Virus record (IMG/VR): IMGVR_UViG_3300029983_000007
Span: 1 to 64,000 of that record
Direction: 5' to 3' (one strand)
Length of the DNA: 64,000 bases
Shown here: in pieces, positions 58,488-64,000 of the stretch
How the letters are laid out: each line of letters begins with the position of its first letter
Position numbering within the stretch: position 1 is the stretch's first letter
The notes under the pieces: model-generated
Seen by the model: the letters and a program-made list of their open reading frames with translations, nothing else
Databases searched by the model: none
Told to the model about the DNA's origin: nothing
Program-made: the position numbers and the translations under genes

Positions 58488-58532
58488 AAAAACAAAAAAC
58501 TCAGTTCTTATTTTTAAGAACTGAGTTTTTTT
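58488..58532 (-). terminator. Attenuator terminator ahead of the tRNA array
   Basis: Transcript AAAAAAA-CTCAGTTCTT-AAAAAT-AAGAACTGAG-TTTTTTGTTTTT. Confidence 0.85.
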
Positions 58533-58557
58533 ATTATTCACATAATAATTTATATAC

Positions 58558-58689
58558 TTATCCAGTTCTTCCTACATTATTTTCATCATCATTAATATAA
58601 TCATTAATCATATCAATACATATCTCTTCCATATTGTAATTGATATTACAATTGCGATAAATGCTATATATGTTATTAATGTTATTCAT
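58558..58689 (-). CDS. Putative attenuator leader peptide (43 aa)
   Basis: MNNINNIYSIYRNCNINYNMEEICIDMINDYINDDENNVGRTG; last codons complementary to the terminator 5' arm. Confidence 0.75.
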   Translation of the reverse strand: MNNINNIYSIYRNCNINYNMEEICIDMINDYINDDENNVGRTG

Positions 58690-58718
58690 GATATTTACTT
58701 TTACTTTGTTTTTATTTG

Positions 58719-58789
58719 TTGCGGACGTCTGATTCAAACAGCGACTATGGGTTATGAGCCCATTGAGATATCATTTCTCCACCTCCGCG
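58719..58789 (-). tRNA. Initiator tRNA-fMet(CAT), copy 2
   Basis: C1:A72 mismatch; ATGGG-CTCATAA-CCCAT with three G-C pairs; irregular T-stem. Confidence 0.8.
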
Positions 58790-58805
58790 ATATTTTTTTT
58801 ATTTG

Positions 58806-58876
58806 TTGCGGACGTCTGATTCAAACAGCGACTATGGGTTATGAGCCCATTGAGATATCATTTCTCCACCTCCGCG
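58806..58876 (-). tRNA. Initiator tRNA-fMet(CAT), copy 1 (identical, 87-bp period)
   Basis: Exact duplicate of 58719..58789. Confidence 0.8.
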
Positions 58877-58883
58877 ATATATT

Positions 58884-59510
58884 TTAATTTTTTCTGTTTC
58901 TATGATACAATTTTAGTGATTCTGAAATCTTTATTTTAGTTTCATCTGAAATTTTACTTTTATTTACTGTTTTATATGAATCAGACATTTTTTTCTTACT
59001 TTCATCTGATACAAAATGATTTTTTAATTTATTAGATATTTTATTTCTTTCTTCTTCAGATTCAAATCTTTTTTTAGCTGAATCTGACAATTTCTTTCTT
59101 GTTTCTTCTGATACAATTCTACATTTTAAAGATTCTGAAATCTTTTTCTTCGATTCATCAGAAAAAATTTTACCTATTGATGATTCTTTTAATTTATTTT
59201 TAGTTTCATCACTATGTTTTTTACCTTTAAAATGTGGACCACCTTCTCCTCCAATTCCTATATTATAATTTCTTTTTGATTTTATAAAATCTTCTGTTAT
59301 AATTTCTTTTTCTTTTTTATTCATTTCTGATTCATTATCAAAAATAAACAAAATTTCTTTTTTGAAATTTTCCTTACCATGCAATTTAATTGCATTTTCT
59401 AAGGCTTTACCAGAACCATAATAAGAATCATTTGTATTTTCAGTTTGATGCTTTCCAATATAATACTTATCATTTAATATATTTGTTGTTTTATAAATTG
59501 TATAGTACAA
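58884..59510 (-). CDS. GIY-YIG homing endonuclease with NUMOD3 repeats
   Basis: YTIYKTTN..N.KYYIGKH...Y.GSG; repeated S.ET..K.S.S; TTG start. Confidence 0.85.
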   Translation of the reverse strand: MYYTIYKTTNILNDKYYIGKHQTENTNDSYYGSGKALENAIKLHGKENFKKEILFIFDNESEMNKKEKEIITEDFIKSKRNYNIGIGGEGGPHFKGKKHSDETKNKLKESSIGKIFSDESKKKISESLKCRIVSEETRKKLSDSAKKRFESEEERNKISNKLKNHFVSDESKKKMSDSYKTVNKSKISDETKIKISESLKLYHRNRKN

Positions 59511-59582
59511 AATTATTTCTTTTTTATGTATATATAAATATATAAAATCAGAAATTAACCTGTTACCACTATACTATATATT

Positions 59583-59816
59583 TTAATCTTTTTCTTTATC
59601 TATTTTCTTATAAAGTTTCTTAGCAATCTCTTTTGCTTTTGAATTCATTCCTTTTTCTGTTTTAGGAACTTCACTATAATCAATTTTGATTTTATCAGCA
59701 AACATTATAAATTTTTCAGTTCTATCAGATTTCTTTTTCAGTTCATCATAATTTCCTTGAATTCTATTTACTACTTCTGCTGATTCATCAATTTTATTTT
59801 CTTTAACTTTTTTCAT
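59583..59816 (-). CDS. Lys-rich small protein (77 aa) directly behind attenuator 1
   Basis: MKKVKENKIDE...KIDKEKD; ATG lies 3 nt after the terminator U-tract. Confidence 0.6.
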   Translation of the reverse strand: MKKVKENKIDESAEVVNRIQGNYDELKKKSDRTEKFIMFADKIKIDYSEVPKTEKGMNSKAKEIAKKLYKKIDKEKD

Positions 59817-59819
59817 AAC

Positions 59820-59853
59820 AAAAAATCCAGTCATTTTTTAATTGACTGGATTT
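59820..59853 (-). terminator. Attenuator terminator 1
   Basis: Transcript AAATCCAGTCA-ATTAAAAAA-TGACTGGATTTTTT. Confidence 0.85.
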
Positions 59854-59880
59854 ATATATTTATAGGCATAAGCCTTAAAT

Positions 59881-59970
59881 TTATTTCTCAGTCAATTGGG
59901 ATGTATCATCAATATTATTGATAATTTCGTTGTTACACATTTCCTCATTTATATATAAATTACGATACAT
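59881..59970 (-). CDS. Putative attenuator leader peptide (29 aa)
   Basis: MYRNLYINEEMCNNEIINNIDDTSQLTEK; AATTGACTG in the last codons pairs with the terminator 5' arm. Confidence 0.72.
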   Translation of the reverse strand: MYRNLYINEEMCNNEIINNIDDTSQLTEK

Positions 59971-60075
59971 CTTGTTTTGTTTTTTTATTATTATTTTTGT
60001 TGAAAGTTTAATATTTTATTCTTTGTTATATATTATAGAAAAAAAGTCATTTTTTTCTATTTTTAATTTGTAGTA

Positions 60076-60107
60076 CAAAAGTAATACAAAGTTTTCATTC
60101 TACCAAA
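60076..60107 (-). promoter_or_regulatory. Bacteroidota-type promoter feeding attenuator 1
   Basis: TTTGGTAGA...N20...TACTTTTG. Confidence 0.75.
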
Positions 60108-60174
60108 TGTTTTTCAATCTTTTTTATATATTATTGAAAAAATATCATTTTTTTCTACTTTTAATATGATAGTG

Positions 60175-60206
60175 CAAAATTACAATAAAGTTTTCATTCT
60201 ACCAAA
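60175..60206 (-). promoter_or_regulatory. Second tandem Bacteroidota-type promoter
   Basis: TTTGGTAGA...N20...TAATTTTG; shares a 21-nt repeat with the promoter at 60076. Confidence 0.7.
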
Positions 60207-60589
60207 TCTTTTGATTGTTTTTCTTCAATATGTTTTTTAAATAGTTTATTAAATAATTTATAAATATTACTGAATTGTATATCATTGTAGAAATTTGTTT
60301 GTTTTTCAATTTCTTCTTTAGATTTAGTTTTTAAATCTGTTGGACTTAATCCTGTAATTGATCACCTTTCATACTCACTATTCATGTGTTTTGAAAAGTT
60401 TTCATCTATTGTGGTTACTCCTGCTCTGGTTGAACCACCAAAATGATGGGCTTTTACTGTATCACCTTCATTGAACATAGTACCATAAAAAGGTCTTGCT
60501 ATTGTACCATCAGCATTGACATATAATCCTAAGAAATCTTTTCTTATTTTTACTATTTTAGACATAACCTTATTGTTGTATTGACTCAA
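60194..60589 (-). pseudogene. Gene with a single internal TGA at 60362-60364
   Basis: The ORF-track protein ends YER*, but the frame stays open for 55 more codons (SITGLSPTDLK...DLVE*). Confidence 0.5.
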
Positions 60590-60803
60590 TAACTATCGAA
60601 TTTTCATAACTTTCTAATTCTTCATAATATTCTTGTTCATCACATTGATTATCTTCACAATATTCTTCTTTTGATTCACCCATATATTCTTTTATGAATT
60701 CTGTTTTTGCAGTATTTGCATCTTTTGGTGTATCAAATATTCCTATGAATATATTATCTGACATTGTACCAGTACTTGTAACGTAATCTACTTTGTATTT
60801 CAT
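60570..60803 (-). CDS. Small acidic hypothetical protein
   Basis: ORF track; promoter-like site at 60826-60857. Confidence 0.55.
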   Translation of the reverse strand: MKYKVDYVTSTGTMSDNIFIGIFDTPKDANTAKTEFIKEYMGESKEEYCEDNQCDEQEYYEELESYENSIVIESIQQ

Positions 60804-60938
60804 ATTAAATTATTTTTAATTTGTGTAAAAATACAATAATTTTTTCATTTTACCAAATGTTTATCAACTTATTTAAAAAAATAACCTTTCTTTTCAATGA
60901 AGAAAAGAAAGGTTTATGTATTTCTATTTATTGTTTTT

Positions 60939-61118
60939 TTACATTGAAAGTTCTTTCTTTTTCTTTGTATAGAATGAGAAACCACCATATTCTTTATCAA
61001 TACCAGGAATTACCATGAAATTTTTAAGATTAACACTTTCTTTTACTGAATAATATTCTTCTTTTGTTAAAAAAAATACTTTTGTAGATTTTGCTGAGTT
61101 ACTTGAGTTGGTTGTCAT
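60939..61118 (-). CDS. Hypothetical protein (59 aa)
   Basis: Manual translation MTTNSSNSAKSTKVFFLTKEEYYSVKE...; behind the promoter at 61166-61197. Confidence 0.55.
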   Translation of the reverse strand: MTTNSSNSAKSTKVFFLTKEEYYSVKESVNLKNFMVIPGIDKEYGGFSFYTKKKKELSM

Positions 61119-61165
61119 AATGTTTAATTTAAATTGTTTAAATGATTGTTGTTTTAATTTCTACA

Positions 61166-61197
61166 CAAAGATACTTCTGTTTTGAATATCTACCAAA
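61166..61197 (-). promoter_or_regulatory. Bacteroidota-type promoter
   Basis: TTTGGTAGA...N20...TATCTTTG. Confidence 0.75.
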
Positions 61198-61317
61198 TAT
61201 TTTAGTGTTTTTTAATGATTTAGATATATTTTGACTTATATTTTATATTTTAGTAACATTATAAATAAAAAATCAGTTTTATAATATAAATATATACTAA
61301 AAAAAGATATTATAAAT

Positions 61318-61560
61318 ATGAAAAATATTAAAAATTTTGTAGATTATAAATCTATGAATGAAAAATGGAAAGATGATGTTAAAGTTAAGCACACTGGCGA
61401 ACATTCTGGTAAGACTATTGAAGAGTTAGAAAGTGAATTATCATCACTTAAGAAAAGAAGCAAAAAATATCAAGAATCAGGTAAAGATGTACCAAAGAGT
61501 ATCATTGATCAAGAGCAAGAAATAAATTTTGCAATTCGAGCAAAAAAACATTGGAAATAA
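61318..61560 (+). CDS. Small putative virion protein
   Basis: Starts MKNIKNFVDYKSMNE; AT-rich TATATA motif upstream. Confidence 0.6.
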   Translation: MKNIKNFVDYKSMNEKWKDDVKVKHTGEHSGKTIEELESELSSLKKRSKKYQESGKDVPKSIIDQEQEINFAIRAKKHWK

Positions 61561-61588
61561 AAAAAGCTTCTTAAAAAGAAGCTTTTTT
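61559..61588. terminator. Bidirectional intrinsic terminator
   Basis: AAAAAAGCTTCTT-aaa-AAGAAGCTTTTTT. Confidence 0.75.
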
Positions 61589-61589
61589 G

Positions 61590-62108
61590 TTAATGTTGAC
61601 TAACAGTTACATTTTTTAATTTGTTAAATAGTCCATCGTGTTCAAGAGAACTAAAATATGAGCTATCATTATCTGAATAACTGAAGCAATACATAACTCC
61701 ACTTTCCACATCTTTACCATCAATTACTTGAAGTTTTAATTTTCTTTCATTGAAGAATTCGTTAAGTGCTTTTTTACCATATCTATTCATTGCATCGTTG
61801 TAGGCATCCCATTTGTCTTGGTCATTCTCAATATGGTTAAAATCATTATAATCAGGAGCGCCTATTAAATAATCACTTTGACATATAATATTAGTTGCCT
61901 TTTCAGTATCATTCTTTTCTTGTTCGCAGATGTCTTTCCATACTGTTTCAGCTACTTGATCAACTGAATATATATCATCTCCATAATACAATTGAGTATC
62001 ATCGAATAACATTTTTTTAACATCTTCAGCGCATTTAGGTTCCATTGGAAAAATAACTACAAAGCTACTTGATGATGAATTACCAACAAATCCCGTTCTA
62101 ATTTTCAT
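61590..62108 (-). CDS. MKIRxGFVxNSSSSSF-family protein
   Basis: Starts MKIRTGFVGNSSSSSF. Confidence 0.7.
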   Translation of the reverse strand: MKIRTGFVGNSSSSSFVVIFPMEPKCAEDVKKMLFDDTQLYYGDDIYSVDQVAETVWKDICEQEKNDTEKATNIICQSDYLIGAPDYNDFNHIENDQDKWDAYNDAMNRYGKKALNEFFNERKLKLQVIDGKDVESGVMYCFSYSDNDSSYFSSLEHDGLFNKLKNVTVSQH

Positions 62109-62266
62109 ATTTTATCTTTTTTATCATTTAAATCTATTGTAATATCAGATTTTCTAAAAATTGCTTTAATTATTTATGTTATTATACCACCAGTAATAGA
62201 AATTAATGAAATACAACCTACAAATATCCAAAATCCTGATGTTACATATTTTAAAAATTATAACAT
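62105..62266 (-). pseudogene. Small membrane protein gene with in-frame TAA at codons 3 and 31
   Basis: ML*FLKYVTSGFWIFVGCISLISITGGIIT*IIKAIFRK...; final TGA overlaps the next ATG (ATGA). Confidence 0.55.
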
Positions 62267-62305
62267 ATAATTTTATTATTTTTTTTTTTTGCAAATTTAC
62301 TAAAA

Positions 62306-62989
62306 TTATTTGATAATACAAAAATTTATTGTCAAATAATTATTATGAATTTTTTTTATCTCACACAATTTATCTTTTCTTTTGTATACAGGATTACACA
62401 CTAGGCATATAAGACCGTGTTTTTTTGTATTCCACATCATCTGATAATCACCTTTTTGTTTGCATTTAGGACATGATTCGTTACTTTCTGAACCTATAAC
62501 TTGATAATCTAATGAATAATAATCATTATCAAAAGAATAAAATTCAGAGTCTCCATCAAGTAAACTGTTTATGCTATACCATCCATCGTCATTATCGTTA
62601 TATTTTTGTAGTATAATTTTAAGTTCTGATTTAGCATCTTCTGATAATTTAGTATTATATTTCCATAAATCCCAATCTTCATTATTACATGTTGAAATTA
62701 AATAGCAATCTGCAACTTTTTTTATATAAGTATCATAATTGCAACTTTGAAATGTTATTGCCTGATTCTCATCTAAATTTTGTAAAAAATTTAGATATTT
62801 ATCGTGCTCATTTTTTCGATATTCATCCTGTTTTTTATCTCCACCTCCATAATCTCCATAATCTCCATATTCATCATATTTTCTATTAATCATATATGTA
62901 GCAAGTTCACGTACACTTTTAAAATTCTTATCTGATATTATAAAACTACTTGATGATGAATTACTAACAAATCCAGTTCTTATTTTCAT
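62306..62989 (-). CDS. MKIRxGFVxNSSSSSF-family protein with zinc ribbon and RKDKL tag
   Basis: MKIRTGFVSNSSSSSF; CPKC...CLVC. Confidence 0.7.
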   Translation of the reverse strand: MKIRTGFVSNSSSSSFIISDKNFKSVRELATYMINRKYDEYGDYGDYGGGDKKQDEYRKNEHDKYLNFLQNLDENQAITFQSCNYDTYIKKVADCYLISTCNNEDWDLWKYNTKLSEDAKSELKIILQKYNDNDDGWYSINSLLDGDSEFYSFDNDYYSLDYQVIGSESNESCPKCKQKGDYQMMWNTKKHGLICLVCNPVYKRKDKLCEIKKIHNNYLTINFCIIK

Positions 62990-63008
62990 TTTCTATTATT
63001 TTCTATTA

Positions 63009-63311
63009 TTAACAATATGTCGTACCAGTTATCAATTCAACTTCACTAATATCAACATTTAATGTGTCTGCTACTAATTTAGATTTTTCTATTATATCTG
63101 ATATCGATGTTGCACTATCACTTAACTCTTCACTTCTTGATATTATATAACCAACAATATATTCGTAATTACTATTTTCAACATTAATTACTTCAATATT
63201 ATTGTCAAATCCTTGTTCAATTTCATCTGTAGTGCAATTTGCTCTTTTGATACCAATTACCACAAAGCTACTTGAACTTGAATTACTCACAAATCCTTTT
63301 CTTATTTTCAT
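63009..63311 (-). CDS. MKIRxGFVxNSSSSSF-family protein
   Basis: Starts MKIRKGFVSNSSSSSF. Confidence 0.7.
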   Translation of the reverse strand: MKIRKGFVSNSSSSSFVVIGIKRANCTTDEIEQGFDNNIEVINVENSNYEYIVGYIISRSEELSDSATSISDIIEKSKLVADTLNVDISEVELITGTTYC

Positions 63312-63324
63312 ATTTTCTTATTTT

Positions 63325-63786
63325 TTATCCATTTCTACCTGCGCCAAAATAAACTTCTGATTTATTTAAGTCTAACCCTGATTTTTCACTATAAAAAGCA
63401 TTATAAACTTTTTTGTCATTATTCTCAAAGAATGACATATCAATATCATAATCAATATCATCATAATCAGATGTCATAAAATCTGAATCACCTTCATTAT
63501 TGCATATATTAACAACTAAAAATAAATCTTCATCTTTACAATCTTTAGTATCTAACGAAGCATTTGTTTGAAATGACTCTACATAAATTTTATTATTGTT
63601 AAAATGTATATCATAATTACCGCTTTCTTTAATATTAGATAACGTTAATACTTTAACATAATAATCCAATTTAATATTATTATCTTTTGTGTATTGTGTA
63701 AATTCGTTGTAATCATTAATCTTGGCTATACCAACAATAAAACTACTTGATGATGAATTACTTACGAAACCATTTCTTATTTTCAT
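63325..63786 (-). CDS. MKIRxGFVxNSSSSSF-family protein
   Basis: Starts MKIRNGFVSNSSSSSF at 63786; ends GAGRNG. Confidence 0.7.
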   Translation of the reverse strand: MKIRNGFVSNSSSSSFIVGIAKINDYNEFTQYTKDNNIKLDYYVKVLTLSNIKESGNYDIHFNNNKIYVESFQTNASLDTKDCKDEDLFLVVNICNNEGDSDFMTSDYDDIDYDIDMSFFENNDKKVYNAFYSEKSGLDLNKSEVYFGAGRNG

Positions 63787-63799
63787 ATTCTTATTTTTT

Positions 63800-64000
63800 T
63801 TACAATAAATGTGGTCTTGCTTCAGCAATTCCAGCATTTGTTACTTGATACCATTTTGGATTGTATTCAGATAGATTGTTAGCTCCTCCATAAGATAATG
63901 CTGAACGAACTCCATAAATTAATCCTTCTATTACAAATCTTACTCCACCTTTGAATGGTATAGTTGTTGACTCTCCTTCTACATTTCTCTCAGCTTGACC
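63800..64000 (-). CDS. IMP dehydrogenase/GMP reductase family, 3' part only
   Basis: VEGESTTIPFKGGV...GVRSALSYGGA...VTNAGIAEARPH matches the GuaB/GuaC C-terminus. Confidence 0.85.
   Translation of the reverse strand, partial: GQAERNVEGESTTIPFKGGVRFVIEGLIYGVRSALSYGGANNLSEYNPKWYQVTNAGIAEARPHLL

Noticed and set aside
45701-58880. CRISPR array (repeats at 45701, 58081, 58714)
   Set aside because: The repeats are directly adjacent without unique spacers: a coding VNTR, an 11-bp microrepeat and a tRNA duplication. No cas genes are present.
59817-59834. Start MTGFFV of ORF 59583..59834
   Set aside because: It lies in the 3' arm of the terminator; ATG at 59816 is more plausible.
1-64000. Genome-wide stop-codon reassignment (TAG=Gln or TGA=Trp), as in some large phages
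   Set aside because: Long conserved genes are intact in code 11, TGA is used in ATGA overlaps, TGG encodes Trp, no suppressor anticodon is present, and the stray stops are of all three types.

Overview
The window is a very AT-rich, gene-dense segment of a large T4-like (jumbo) phage genome, read in standard code 11. Repeated TTTG-N19/20-TAnnTTTG promoters point to a Bacteroidota host. Recognisable genes include a gp61-like primase, the C-terminal half of a split family B DNA polymerase, a gp46/SbcC ATPase, a gp13-like neck protein and a tape-measure-like protein. Others are IF3, oligoendopeptidase F, PncA and PncB (NAD salvage), CYTH, HD and HAD enzymes, an amidoligase, DNA methyltransferases, a GuaB/GuaC fragment and at least 8 free-standing homing endonuclease genes plus relics. 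A minus-strand tRNA region spans 54.9-58.9 kb. The strongest candidate for an undescribed system is a pair of ribosome-dependent transcription attenuators, at 59816-59970 and 58488-58689, upstream of the tRNA array. Their unannotated leader peptides are built almost only from Asn, Ile, Tyr, Asp, Glu, Met and Cys, which is exactly the amino-acid set of the downstream tRNAs. Their last codons can pair with the 5' arm of the following terminator. This suggests a sensor of tRNA depletion that switches on replacement tRNAs. The array also holds D-armless and D-loop-expanded tRNA-like RNAs. Many small unrelated proteins carry shared terminal tags: a T4 capsid-targeting-like N-terminus with a K[FY]N[LI] C-terminus, or an RKxK[LI]xx[LI] C-terminus. 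All calls come from reading the sequence and ORF track; no database search was run.
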